NCBI GenBank assembly: GCA_043825875.1
Contig: JBDRRF010000076.1
Span: forward strand, 128,001 to 192,000
DNA from: Pseudomonadota bacterium
GTDB lineage: Bacteria; Desulfobacterota; Desulfobacteria; Desulfobacterales; RPRI01
Length of the DNA: 64,000 nt
Reading direction: 5' to 3'
Positions 1 through 9,896 of the stretch are shown piece by piece. Numbering within the stretch: position 1 is the first letter of the stretch; each line of letters starts with the position of its first letter. The notes below the pieces were generated by a model. The model was not told the DNA's origin. It did not search any database and was given only the letters and a program-made list of their open reading frames with translations. The position numbers and the translations under genes are program-made.

Positions 1-862
1 ATTTACCGGAAAAATCGTCATCATCGGCTCTACCGCACCCAGTCTGTTTGACCTTAAGGCAACGCCTATGGCTAAAATTTATCCGGGAGTGGAAATTTTA
101 GCTACCGCCATTGATAATGTCAAACATGGTGATTATCTTCATGTCTGGCGCGGTTTTCTATCCTATGTATTTATCAGCCTGTTACTTATATGGCTCACAA
201 CCGCAGCTTTTTATAAGAATGCAGATCGCAACAAATTAAACAGGATTTTCAGTAGCAGCCAGATTATCTTACTGGTAATTTCTTATATCAGCATCAACAC
301 CACAAATACTTACATACCCTTGAGCGGCCCGGTCATTTGGGCTATTGCGTATTTCAGCATCGCTAAAGTTTATGCACTGGCCACTGACCTTGCTCTGCAA
401 CGATGGTTGGCATTTGGCGTAAAAACCGGCAAGGGAGAATCGCAGGCACTTATTATGCCTATTTTGGTGGAAAGCGAATATCCTTTAGGCGATGCGATGC
501 TTAAAAAACTAAAGCGGCAAATTGAACTTAATTGCCGCACACCTAATAATGTCGATATCCTGAAGGGTTCTCAAAGTGGTATTTGGGGATTATTTGGCGA
601 CACGATTGTTGTAAACTGGACTTATTCCGAAGCACTTGATCAATATGCACAAAAAGCAAAGCAGGATGCAGAGCAATTGGCCGGACAATTATCTGCAATA
701 TTGAAAAATGTTGGCTTACCCGACGATACTCAAGTATATTACTCTATGCATACAGGAGGATTGACAGGAGACAAGCCGTTAGCAAACCAATGGCGCAGCT
801 TGTTTGCCCAGGCCATTCTCAAATTAGAACATAACGGAAAGGTTAACCATGAAAATATATAA
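1..862 (+). CDS. CHASE2-domain membrane protein (5' end outside window)
   Basis: Frame is open from base 2: GKIVIIGSTAPSLFDLKATP...YPGVEILATAIDN matches the CHASE2 C-terminal motif, followed by three hydrophobic segments. Confidence 0.8.
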   Translation, partial: FTGKIVIIGSTAPSLFDLKATPMAKIYPGVEILATAIDNVKHGDYLHVWRGFLSYVFISLLLIWLTTAAFYKNADRNKLNRIFSSSQIILLVISYISINTTNTYIPLSGPVIWAIAYFSIAKVYALATDLALQRWLAFGVKTGKGESQALIMPILVESEYPLGDAMLKKLKRQIELNCRTPNNVDILKGSQSGIWGLFGDTIVVNWTYSEALDQYAQKAKQDAEQLAGQLSAILKNVGLPDDTQVYYSMHTGGLTGDKPLANQWRSLFAQAILKLEHNGKVNHENI

Positions 863-1355
863 AGCTATATTATTAGCAGCCTTATTACTGCCGGGATTAT
901 CCTTAGCAGGCGAAATGGGAAGTGCTCTTAAAGCGGATATCATTCGCGCGGAACCTTATTCCGATGCTAAAAAAACAGGTAGTTTTGCGCGTGGCGATAA
1001 ACTGGAAATTCTTAGCAAAAAAGGTGGGTGGCTAAAGATAAAAACCGCAAAAAACAGCGGATGGGTACGCTTATTATCGGTTAAACGCGGTATCAGCAAA
1101 GGCGGTAATGAGGCCACAGGCATTCTGGCATTAGCAAGTGGCCGTGCAGGCACAGGACAGGTGGTAGCAACAACCGGTATACGCGGTTTAAATGAGGAAG
1201 AACTTAAAAGCGCTGAATATAATGCAGCCGAAGTCAAAAAGCTGGAAAGCTATACCCAAACTTCTGAGCAAGGCCGGCAGTTCGCTCAAAGCGGTGGTCT
1301 TGAATCCGTCATATTTTCCTACTTGCCGGAATCACAAAATAAAGGAGATAAATAA
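849..1355 (+). CDS. Secreted SH3b-domain protein
   Basis: Signal peptide; LEILSKKGGWLKI...GWVRLLSV SH3-like motif; overlaps neighbouring genes. Confidence 0.75.
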   Translation: MKIYKAILLAALLLPGLSLAGEMGSALKADIIRAEPYSDAKKTGSFARGDKLEILSKKGGWLKIKTAKNSGWVRLLSVKRGISKGGNEATGILALASGRAGTGQVVATTGIRGLNEEELKSAEYNAAEVKKLESYTQTSEQGRQFAQSGGLESVIFSYLPESQNKGDK

Positions 1356-2254
1356 TGCGCTCACTTTATTCCATACTTATTTTTATGTTTGCCATCTTTT
1401 TACTGCAAGCATGCGCTAATGATTTTGGAGCTGCATTAAATGAAGTAGTCAAGAGCAGCACTTCTTGGGAAACCGGCACAGACAGTAAAGAAACTTCATC
1501 CACAAATACAGCAAAAAGCGAAAGCAAACCAGCGTTTAACTTATTAAGTCCCTCCAGGCAGGAAGAAATTCAGATAGGCCGCCAAATCACGGGCAATCTG
1601 CTGGGAGCAGCTCCACTTGTAAATGATGCAGAACTGCAAAATTATGTAAATAAAGTCGGACGCTGGGTAGCCAATCAGGGTGAACGCGCAGATTTACCCT
1701 GGCACTTTGGCGTAATCGAAAGCGAAGACATCAATGCCTTTGCCGCGCCCGGCGGCTATGTTGTCATCACCAAAGGACTTTATCGGAAATTGGAAAACGA
1801 AGCACAACTGGCAGGAGTGCTCTCTCATGAAATAGCCCACGTTATCAGGAGTCACCATCTCAAAATCCTGCAAAAAACCCAACTGCTGAATTTTGGTTCA
1901 GACTTACTGGGCAAGCAATTAGGCAGGGATAATCAGGTAATCCAAAAACTGATCGGCAGCGGTGCGGAAGTTTGCGCCCGCAGCCTTGACAAGAGTGCCG
2001 AATTTGAAGCCGACCGCATGGGTGTAGTACTAAGCACCAGGGCCGGTTACGAGCCTTTTGGTTTACCTGAAGTTCTGCAAGCAATCGGGCAAACAGGCAG
2101 GGATGAAAGCAGAGTGGCCTTGCTGTTTACAACCCATCCACATCCTGATGACAGATTAACAAAACTGGACGATGCCATTGGTAACAGGCTGGATAGTATT
2201 AAAGATGGAAAGACACTGGGTGAACGGTTTTATCGTTTGAAGAATCAGGAATAG
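1355..2254 (+). CDS. M48-family zinc metallopeptidase lipoprotein
   Basis: Lipobox LQAC; INAFAAPGG, HEIAH, EFEAD and THP motifs. Confidence 0.9.
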   Translation: MRSLYSILIFMFAIFLLQACANDFGAALNEVVKSSTSWETGTDSKETSSTNTAKSESKPAFNLLSPSRQEEIQIGRQITGNLLGAAPLVNDAELQNYVNKVGRWVANQGERADLPWHFGVIESEDINAFAAPGGYVVITKGLYRKLENEAQLAGVLSHEIAHVIRSHHLKILQKTQLLNFGSDLLGKQLGRDNQVIQKLIGSGAEVCARSLDKSAEFEADRMGVVLSTRAGYEPFGLPEVLQAIGQTGRDESRVALLFTTHPHPDDRLTKLDDAIGNRLDSIKDGKTLGERFYRLKNQE

Positions 2255-2370
2255 GCGGATTCACAAACCATCCCGACAGTTTCCCGATTGCCTTCTACTT
2301 TCATATCGCAACCAACATTTTTTGCACCTTTATTTGCGAAAAGAACAGCTACAGCCCTGCCCTGCCCCAT
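2245..2370 (-). pseudogene. Short-chain dehydrogenase N-terminal remnant
   Basis: Reads MGQGRAVAVLFANKGAKNVGCDMKVEGNRETV, which resembles an SDR Rossmann start; stops after 41 aa. Confidence 0.55.
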
Positions 2371-2424
2371 ATCTGAACACGATAACGCAGATATGGGGCA
2401 CAAGATGACGTTTATGGACGGACA

Positions 2425-2871
2425 CTATTTAGGCTCAATCTCTACCAGCGTTACATTGACGCCACAAGTAGCCTGTGGATCAAGTATATACTCTTTGAAG
2501 ATCTTAAACTTGTCTTCAAAATGATTCTTTATTGTTTCTTTGTCGAATTCAAGCAAATTTGCTGCAATGCCCATTTCCTGCGCTTTGTCACGTCCTGAAT
2601 CGGCGTTGTCTACTCCAAAAGCCACTCCGTATAAACCTTCTCCATGCTTTTCAAGATGTTGAACCATTCCCATGGCTAATGGATTGGTAGTTCCAGGCAA
2701 TGGTGAAAAAAGTTCTATTCCGGCTTCCCAGCTGATCGCGCATCTTACGCCAAAGATCTCTTCTACTTTAGCATCATGAAAAGTAACACCCAACAATTTT
2801 GAATAAAGTGCTACTGCTTTTTCAAAATCCCGTGCAACAATGTATACCCTGTTAACTCCTTTGACTTTCAT
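2425..2871 (-). CDS. VOC-family protein (methylmalonyl-CoA epimerase-like)
   Basis: IELFSP...HLEKHGEGLYGVAFGVD glyoxalase-fold pattern. Confidence 0.8.
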   Translation of the reverse strand: MKVKGVNRVYIVARDFEKAVALYSKLLGVTFHDAKVEEIFGVRCAISWEAGIELFSPLPGTTNPLAMGMVQHLEKHGEGLYGVAFGVDNADSGRDKAQEMGIAANLLEFDKETIKNHFEDKFKIFKEYILDPQATCGVNVTLVEIEPK

Positions 2872-3044
2872 GTTTCATCTCCTAATATTATAGTTTATTC
2901 TAATATTTCTTTATCTCTCTGATGCCTCTTTAGCGCTGTTCTCGCCTGCTATACGACCCGAAGGTTTAAATTTTAGCAGACATCTACATTTCCACCTCTT
3001 TTTTTAATGCAAGCATAATAGCTTTAGATGGGTTCTTTAAAAGT

Positions 3045-4616
3045 TCAACTAATTAATTTGCTAAAATCTATCCCCAAATCTTCCATAACTACTTGAATAC
3101 CGGCTCTTGCACCGCCAAATACGCCAGGTCCGGGATGCGTACATGATCCGATCATATATAATTTATCAACAGGTGTATGGTAATTGTGCCAGCCGGAAAA
3201 AGGACGGTTTCCGGACATCTGCAAATTATATGTTCCTATCTGGCATATGTCGCCATTCATCATTGTGGCATTATGTCTTTCATAAAATAAAGGAGAATGA
3301 ATGGCTCTTCCTAAAATATTATCGCTTCCCATGTTGGTAGCCAGATCCTGCAATTTGCCCAAAATATCATCTGCCACATCCGTTTCTATTTCATCCCATT
3401 TTTTAGGTCCGCCGTCTCTTAAAGCATAAGGTGCAAATGAATACAGGTACATGGTATGCTGACCTTCAGGCGCTCTTGTCGGATCAAGTTGTGTTGCAAC
3501 AAAGGATGAAAAAACATCATTTCTTGGAATCCCGTTATCAATAGCTTGAAAAGCATGCTGAAATTCATACGGGTCTGAATTGTGATATGCCATCCAGTGC
3601 GATTTAAATCCGTTTTTCCAGATCGGAGCTTCTTTTAATGCAAGATGCTGGTTTAAAGCGGAAAATCCGGAATGCTTTAATGTCCTCACATTTTCTACAA
3701 AATCTTCAGGCAGCTTACTTCCCGATACCATACCGGGAAATACTTGTTTAATGTTTAAAGTAGATAAAACCGCTTTTGATGCCTCAATCTCTTCACCGCT
3801 ATCAAGGACTATACCTGTTGCTTTGCCATCGGAAATCTTAAATTCTTTTACAGTGCTTGAAAGCTTTATCGTGCCGCCCATAGATTCAAAACACTTTGCC
3901 AATGCTACAGATAACATACCGGAGCCGCCAACAGGAAACCCACTACCGTATTTATGCTGCAATGGTATGAATAGAAAAAGATGAAGCCCGGTGCCTTTTA
4001 CAAAAGGATTGATCATTTGTTCTGCCGAAAAACGTGTCATAATAATGCGCATTTTATCACTTTCAAACCAGTCTTCGGCTATATCCCAGGCGCTTGACAA
4101 CAAAGCTTTGATAAGTATTCGGCCCGCAGGGTTTGAATCCATCATGGCCATTGTCTGCCCAAAACTTGGTGTAGGATTATACATTCCCATAAGCAACATA
4201 TCCAGTAACTGAAACGACCAGTCATGGAATTTACGATAGGCTTCAGCATCCCGTGGCGAAAACTGAGCTATGCTTTCACAGGTTTGATCAAGGCTTCGAT
4301 GTTGTGTAAAATACGAACCATCATCAAAGTTTACTCCAGCAAACGAATCAGGTGTAATATATTTCAACCCGAATTTGGATAATAATCCAAGCTCATCATT
4401 TTGTATCAGAGGATTCGGATAAATCAGGCCATGCCAGGTAGAGCAAACATCATGTTTGAATCCTGGCACTGTTATTTCATCGGTAAATACTCCGCCACCT
4501 ACCTTATTTCTGCTTTCAATCACACATACTTTAACACCCGCCTTTGCAAGATATGAAGCAGCTATTAAACCATTATGACCTGCGCCAACCACTACTACAT
4601 CGTATTTTTCCGCCAT
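3045..4616 (-). CDS. Phytoene desaturase-family FAD oxidoreductase
   Basis: VVVVGAGHNGL, DPTRAPEGQHT and C-terminal GSCTHPGPGV motifs. Confidence 0.9.
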   Translation of the reverse strand: MAEKYDVVVVGAGHNGLIAASYLAKAGVKVCVIESRNKVGGGVFTDEITVPGFKHDVCSTWHGLIYPNPLIQNDELGLLSKFGLKYITPDSFAGVNFDDGSYFTQHRSLDQTCESIAQFSPRDAEAYRKFHDWSFQLLDMLLMGMYNPTPSFGQTMAMMDSNPAGRILIKALLSSAWDIAEDWFESDKMRIIMTRFSAEQMINPFVKGTGLHLFLFIPLQHKYGSGFPVGGSGMLSVALAKCFESMGGTIKLSSTVKEFKISDGKATGIVLDSGEEIEASKAVLSTLNIKQVFPGMVSGSKLPEDFVENVRTLKHSGFSALNQHLALKEAPIWKNGFKSHWMAYHNSDPYEFQHAFQAIDNGIPRNDVFSSFVATQLDPTRAPEGQHTMYLYSFAPYALRDGGPKKWDEIETDVADDILGKLQDLATNMGSDNILGRAIHSPLFYERHNATMMNGDICQIGTYNLQMSGNRPFSGWHNYHTPVDKLYMIGSCTHPGPGVFGGARAGIQVVMEDLGIDFSKLIS

Positions 4617-4709
4617 TTTTAAAAACTCCTTTCTGTTTATAGTGTTTGTATATAAAACTCTGTGAAAGATTTGATTTTATAAGGTAGTTAAAATATAATT
4701 GTGAGTAAG

Positions 4710-5080
4710 CTACAGACTTCTGCCAGCATTAATATCCTTCATAGATTGCTTCATTACCTCACGTGGTGATAGACAATCTCCTGCATATAGTTCCCCAACG
4801 TTACCTCTCAAAGCATGGTAAAGTTGAATATTAGCCTTATTCCATGTTGCCAGAACAAACGAATCTACTTCTTCAATATTTCTTTCCTTGTGGGTAAAAG
4901 CATCAACTAAACAACCCTCGAATGCAAGTCGTTGGGTTTTAATAGGAATCCAGACCAGGTGGACTTTAAGATAATTTTTTGTATGTGCTCCACGTTGATA
5001 AAATCGCATAGTGAGACATTATAATCTTTTCTTCGCCTAAAGGCGATGGATTTCAACCATCCCTTAAAGAGGCATTAAAA
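4710..5080 (-). pseudogene. Chimeric remnant: IS200 tnpA N-terminus and IS end fused to the C-terminal remnant of a flavin oxidoreductase
   Basis: MRFYQRGAHTKNYLKVHLVWIP resembles a Y1 transposase start; VDSFVLATWNKAN...GDCLSPR resembles an OYE/NADH-oxidase tail; hairpins tcgcctaaaggcga and gatggatttcaaccatc at ~5033-5061. Confidence 0.6.
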
Positions 5081-5105
5081 GCAATTATTTTTTATATGAT
5101 TTTAT

Positions 5106-5121
5106 TGCTTAGATCATGCCA
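5106..5121 (-). promoter_or_regulatory. Possible sigma54 promoter
   Basis: TGGCATGATCTAAGC (GG-N10-GC) on minus strand; -12 element imperfect. Confidence 0.35.
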
Positions 5122-5334
5122 AATAATTAATATTAATTATATCAGGAAAATATACATATCCGAATATAAGGGGCCACGATAAAAAAGATGTTTTTGTGAT
5201 ATTTCATAATTGGTTTTATGCTATAATGCACAATATACTAAATATCATAAATAGAATTGATTTTTAGGATAGCAAAAGGAATGGACTGCCTATTTTTTGG
5301 AAACCGGATGAATTGTTAAACAGACATTCTGCTT

Positions 5335-6894
5335 TTACCCATTACTACCCTTTTTTATATAGCGATCTTTTAGTTCCCATTTCTGGATTTTTCCGGTATG
5401 AGTTAAAGGCATACTATCTATAAAATCAACAGACTTTGGGGCCTTATAACGAGCCAGATTATCTTTGCATAGCTTTATGATTTCATCTTCCGTAGCTTTT
5501 TTGCCTTCTTTTAAAACGATTACCGCTTTTACTGCTTCACCCCATTCAGGGTCCGGTACCCCGATTACTGCTACAATTTCAACGGCAGGATGTTTGTAGA
5601 TTATATCTTCTACCTGCTTTGGCGTAATATTTTCTCCTCCGCTTATAATAATATCTTTCTTCCTGCCGGTAATATAGATATAATTATCTTCATCCAAGTA
5701 AGCCATATCCCCTGAATGAAACCATCCATCCTTTAATACTTTTGCAGTTTCTTCAGGATTTCCCCAGTACCCTTGCATCAGATTGTCGCCTCTGTAAACC
5801 AATTCACCTTCTATCCCGCTTTCAACAAATTTACCTTCATCATTAATTATTCTTATATCACAACTGGGCATTTCCTTTCCGACGGACAACATTCTGCGCA
5901 TTTGTTTTTTGGTTCCGTTAAGCACATGATCTTTTGGCGGTAAAGCTGTGGCACAACCTGCAAGTTCGGTAAAGCCATAAAGATGAACAAACTTATTGCC
6001 GAATTTTGGAATTGCTCTTTCTAAAATTGAAAACGGCATTGGCGCACCGCCATATATATACCACCGTACCGAAGAGTGATCATATTTATCCAAGTCAGGA
6101 TAGTTCAACACCCGCAAAAGTGTAGTTAAAACAAAATGTGAAACAGCAGTAATTTTTTCTTTTTCAATAGCATTTAATATAAGATCAGGGTCAGGTCTTT
6201 TTATAAACACAAGACTTCCGCTCATATAACTTATTGCCATATTAAACCAGAAAAACGGGATATGAAAATAAGGACTAAATATCAAAAGATTGTCTTTTTC
6301 GGTAAGTTGAAATTTGATAACAACATCTCTTGAACCTGCCAGCCAGCTTTTATGAGTCCATATTACTTCCTTGGGCATACCGGTTGTGCCACTAGTATGT
6401 ATCAAGGCCGCTATATCTTCTTCCTTAACAACCACATCAGGCCGCTCATAAGTACTTTGAGAAATTAATGTTTCGTAATCGTAAGTATTATTGTTGCTCG
6501 TTTTCCCTACTGAAATAAATATTTGAACTTCTTTTACAGATGGCTTTATGGATTCCATTAACCGGCTGTATGTTTGCTCAAAAAATATCCCTTTAACGCC
6601 ACAACTTGTAATTAAATGGATTATCTCATCTTCAGAAAAGTGCGCATTTATGGGAATAACAATCATTGCTCCTGTTGTAACGGCAAGTACTATTTCCTGT
6701 GCTTCAATCATATTATGAGGAAACAAAAATGCTACCCTGTCTTCTTTTTTAAGCCCTAAACTTCGTAAAGCATTGGCAAGGCCGTATATCCTCTTTGCAA
6801 CTTCTTCAAAACTTAATCTCTTATCTTCAAAACATACAGCAGCCTTTTGTGGATATCTCCAAAGATTTCTGTCGATAACATCCCCGATAACCAT
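5335..6894 (-). CDS. Long-chain acyl-CoA synthetase / AMP-binding enzyme
   Basis: HTSGTTGMPK, YGFTE, GWFHSGD, GRKKDIIISGGEN motifs. Confidence 0.92.
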   Translation of the reverse strand: MVIGDVIDRNLWRYPQKAAVCFEDKRLSFEEVAKRIYGLANALRSLGLKKEDRVAFLFPHNMIEAQEIVLAVTTGAMIVIPINAHFSEDEIIHLITSCGVKGIFFEQTYSRLMESIKPSVKEVQIFISVGKTSNNNTYDYETLISQSTYERPDVVVKEEDIAALIHTSGTTGMPKEVIWTHKSWLAGSRDVVIKFQLTEKDNLLIFSPYFHIPFFWFNMAISYMSGSLVFIKRPDPDLILNAIEKEKITAVSHFVLTTLLRVLNYPDLDKYDHSSVRWYIYGGAPMPFSILERAIPKFGNKFVHLYGFTELAGCATALPPKDHVLNGTKKQMRRMLSVGKEMPSCDIRIINDEGKFVESGIEGELVYRGDNLMQGYWGNPEETAKVLKDGWFHSGDMAYLDEDNYIYITGRKKDIIISGGENITPKQVEDIIYKHPAVEIVAVIGVPDPEWGEAVKAVIVLKEGKKATEDEIIKLCKDNLARYKAPKSVDFIDSMPLTHTGKIQKWELKDRYIKKGSNG

Positions 6895-7225
6895 TTTAAT
6901 CCCTCCAGTGGTTGATAAGAACCAGCTTTATTATGTGAAAGATATAAGGAGATCACCCTTGGGTGTCAAGGAAATAATTGGAAGACAACCGGAATCGGAA
7001 TAAGTGAATAATATATTGATATTATAATCTATTAATCCAGATTTCATACAGAACCTCATAATTCTGCCCTTGCCTTCGAATAGTATTTATGTTTATGATA
7101 TTAACGATTAATAGAATTAACACACAGGGGACATTCATCCTATAAACATACGCCCATGCCGTGTGCGCACCTGAAAATTCACCGATCCCAAAAATCGGGT
7201 TGGTGATTATACCAATAGGAGCATC

Positions 7226-7783
7226 ATGAAAGACTATTATCGCCCAATACTTTTGTGGATTTTTGCTTTCCTGATCGTTTCATCAATCAGCACAAATGCA
7301 TACTGTGAAACAGCTGCTGTATCATTAGATCAACCAGGCCCAATCTTTAAGATGGAATTTAGACGCCATACATGCAATGTAATTTTAATGGAACTGACAT
7401 TTTCAACGGCACAGATTTCCCGGGAGGAAGAAGTCCAGCTTATTGGTAATGGATCATACCAGGCAGATACTAAAGAATTGATTAATCCAGGAATAACTGT
7501 GCCTCTTAGAATTCGAGTTGTAAAAATTGAATCAAAATTATTAGGGCAAGCAAAGGAAAGAGAAATTCGCTCGTGGGAATGCAAAACGCAGGGCATATCG
7601 TCGTTTTCACCAGGCCCAGAGAGGTCAGTAAGTCGAAGCGCAGGTTCAATAACTCTTCCGAGAGGAAAGTATCGAATTGAGGTATCATTACTTGAACCGG
7701 TTACCGCGCTAAAAGACATTCCAGCTTACTTTGGGTTTGGATCATCCTTTAAAATCAGCCCAAATCGTGAAGACTGCCGATAA
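7226..7783 (+). CDS. Hypothetical secreted protein
   Basis: RBS aggag; signal peptide; 185-aa ORF. Confidence 0.65.
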   Translation: MKDYYRPILLWIFAFLIVSSISTNAYCETAAVSLDQPGPIFKMEFRRHTCNVILMELTFSTAQISREEEVQLIGNGSYQADTKELINPGITVPLRIRVVKIESKLLGQAKEREIRSWECKTQGISSFSPGPERSVSRSAGSITLPRGKYRIEVSLLEPVTALKDIPAYFGFGSSFKISPNREDCR

Positions 7784-7869
7784 TCTTTAACTTGTAATGT
7801 ATCAAAAAATCGATGCGGCAGACTGACGGTTTTGCTATATACCTCAACAGGCATAGATAAAGAAAACAT

Positions 7870-8595
7870 ATGAATCCAAACGAATATACAAAACGGATTA
7901 AATCCAAAATACTCGACTGGGGTGCCGATTTGGTCGGAGTGGCGGATGCCGAACCCTTGAGAGAACTTAAAGTTAATCCACCTGATTTACTGGATGGTTT
8001 CACACATGCTGTTTCAATTGCTATTCAGTTGCCGGTAGCTGTATTTGAGACAATTACAGATAAACCTACACCGGTTTATAGCGCAATATATAAAACCGCT
8101 AATAGTATTTTAGATGAACTTGCATATCGCACCTCAGTACTGCTTCAAAAAGACGGATACCTCAGCCTTCCTGTACCGGCATCCCAGATTCTTGATCGTA
8201 AAAACTGGTATGCTGCAATCAGCCACAAAGCTGTGGCAAGAATGGCAGGTCTTGGCTGGCAAGGAAAAAATCTACTTCTTATAACGCCTCAATTCGGTTC
8301 CAGGGTTCGTCTTGTAACCATTCTCACACAAGCACCGCTAACAGCCGATACTCCTATGGAGAACCGGTGCGGAAGCTGTATGTTATGCCGCAATTCCTGC
8401 CCTGTCCAGGCGATCAGAGGAGTAAATACAGCAGACCATTACAAAGACAGGGAAGAAGCCTTACATTTTTCCAGATGTGTTGAAAAACTTATGGAAGAAT
8501 ATGCAAAACTACCTGATATCGGCGCACCTATCTGCGGCATCTGTATCAAGGTTTGCCCGTTTGGCCGTAAAACTGGAAAATTGCATGATATTTAA
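7870..8595 (+). CDS. Epoxyqueuosine reductase (QueG)-like 4Fe-4S dicluster protein
   Basis: SHKAVARMAGLGWQGKNLLLITPQFGSRVRL; CGSCMLCRNSCP and CGICIKVCP. Confidence 0.85.
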   Translation: MNPNEYTKRIKSKILDWGADLVGVADAEPLRELKVNPPDLLDGFTHAVSIAIQLPVAVFETITDKPTPVYSAIYKTANSILDELAYRTSVLLQKDGYLSLPVPASQILDRKNWYAAISHKAVARMAGLGWQGKNLLLITPQFGSRVRLVTILTQAPLTADTPMENRCGSCMLCRNSCPVQAIRGVNTADHYKDREEALHFSRCVEKLMEEYAKLPDIGAPICGICIKVCPFGRKTGKLHDI

Positions 8596-9199
8596 AAAAA
8601 AGAAAGATATATCAACATTAGATGATGTTCTCAAATCAAGCTGGAAAGAACTTCACAAAGGTGTTCGAAATTTCAGACATCCCTTTTACAGACCGGCCTT
8701 TACTACTATTACCAATAACAAACCGGAAGTGCGAACCATCATTCTGAGAGGTTTTTTGGAAGAAGACCGGACATTGATATCTTACTGCGATGCCAGATCT
8801 CCCAAAGTTTCTCAGATCCGAAATAATCCTAATGTGAGCTGGTTATTCTATCATCCTAAAAAGTGGCTACAGTTGCGTCTATCAGGAACAGCTACGGTCC
8901 ATATTGACGATAATACGTCTGAATCTCAATGGAAGAAAGTAAGCCAAACCAATAGAATCAACTACTGCACAGAAATGCCGCCTGGTTCGCCCACCAATAA
9001 ACCTACTTCCGGCCTGCCGGATTTTGCCCGTGATCAAGCACTTAAACTGCTTGATCATCCGGAAGCCTATAAAAATTTTGCCGCCATTGTCTGCCGGTTC
9101 AATGAAATGGACTGGTTGCTGCTGAAAATGACGGGGCACATCCGGGCGAAATTTCATTGGGAAGATAATCGCATAAATGCATCATGGGTAATCCCATAA
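8585..9199 (+). CDS. Pyridoxamine 5'-phosphate oxidase-family FMN-binding protein
   Basis: PEVRTIILR, DARSPKV, QLRLSG; start moved to ATG 8585 overlapping the upstream gene end. Confidence 0.85.
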   Translation: MIFKKKKDISTLDDVLKSSWKELHKGVRNFRHPFYRPAFTTITNNKPEVRTIILRGFLEEDRTLISYCDARSPKVSQIRNNPNVSWLFYHPKKWLQLRLSGTATVHIDDNTSESQWKKVSQTNRINYCTEMPPGSPTNKPTSGLPDFARDQALKLLDHPEAYKNFAAIVCRFNEMDWLLLKMTGHIRAKFHWEDNRINASWVIP

Positions 9200-9252
9200 G
9201 CATTAGTGGCGACATATAAAATGCCACCCTACGTTTGATGAAATACAGAAGA

Positions 9253-9297
9253 GTTACGGCAGATGAGATGCGAGGCGGGGTTTTACATCCCGCCCCA
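9253..9297 (-). repeat. REP-like palindromic dispersed repeat, copy 1
   Basis: GGCGGGATGTAAAACCCCGCC...CATCTGCCGTAACT; similar copy at 22255-22294. Confidence 0.65.
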
Positions 9298-9490
9298 CGT
9301 TTTATAAATGGATTTATCTCTTCTTCACTATTATCAAGTCTTGTTGGTGGGGGGGAGGTTCCGATGGTTAGGCAGTTATGAAAAATATAAATGCGGTTCT
9401 TTTTATTGAATAGCTTCCTGAAAGAAAGCATCCGACAACGTTGAGCTTGATCCACCATTTCAACCAGAAATCAATAAAAATAGGGAAAAG

Positions 9491-9706
9491 TGTCGGAATA
9501 GTTTACAAAATCAGTTTTTTTAAAATACCATCATATATAATTGTATTTCTTATATAAAAGCCGTGAAAGAGCAATTTTCCTCATATCAAGCGTAGGGATT
9601 CTTTACATAATTATTTATACGAATATCACCATAACTGCATGTTATTCTTATATTATAGATAACTATTACCCATTTTGGTGTTTGAAAACTGTCGGATTTC
9701 TTTACA
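9491..9706 (+). promoter_or_regulatory. PEP-CTERM box (PrsR enhancer-like) sites
   Basis: TGTCGGA-N4-TTTACA at 9491-9507 and 9690-9706; variant GTAGGGATTCTTTACA at 9592-9607. Confidence 0.7.
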
Positions 9707-9833
9707 AATTTAACCTCAACATTAAATTATTATTTCTTTCATCTGTGCAAATCAGACATTGCCATTTATGATTATTAATAAATATGAAGTGGTTGTAATT
9801 ACATAATATATAAGTAAGCCCTTGTTCGAGGCA

Positions 9834-9849
9834 TGGTATAATATTTGCT
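9834..9849 (+). promoter_or_regulatory. sigma54 -24/-12 promoter
   Basis: TGGTAT-AATAT-TTGCT upstream of the PEP-CTERM gene. Confidence 0.75.
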
Positions 9850-9896
9850 ATATTATCAACAAACATATAAAAACTATTAAAAAGGAGGATAAAAAA

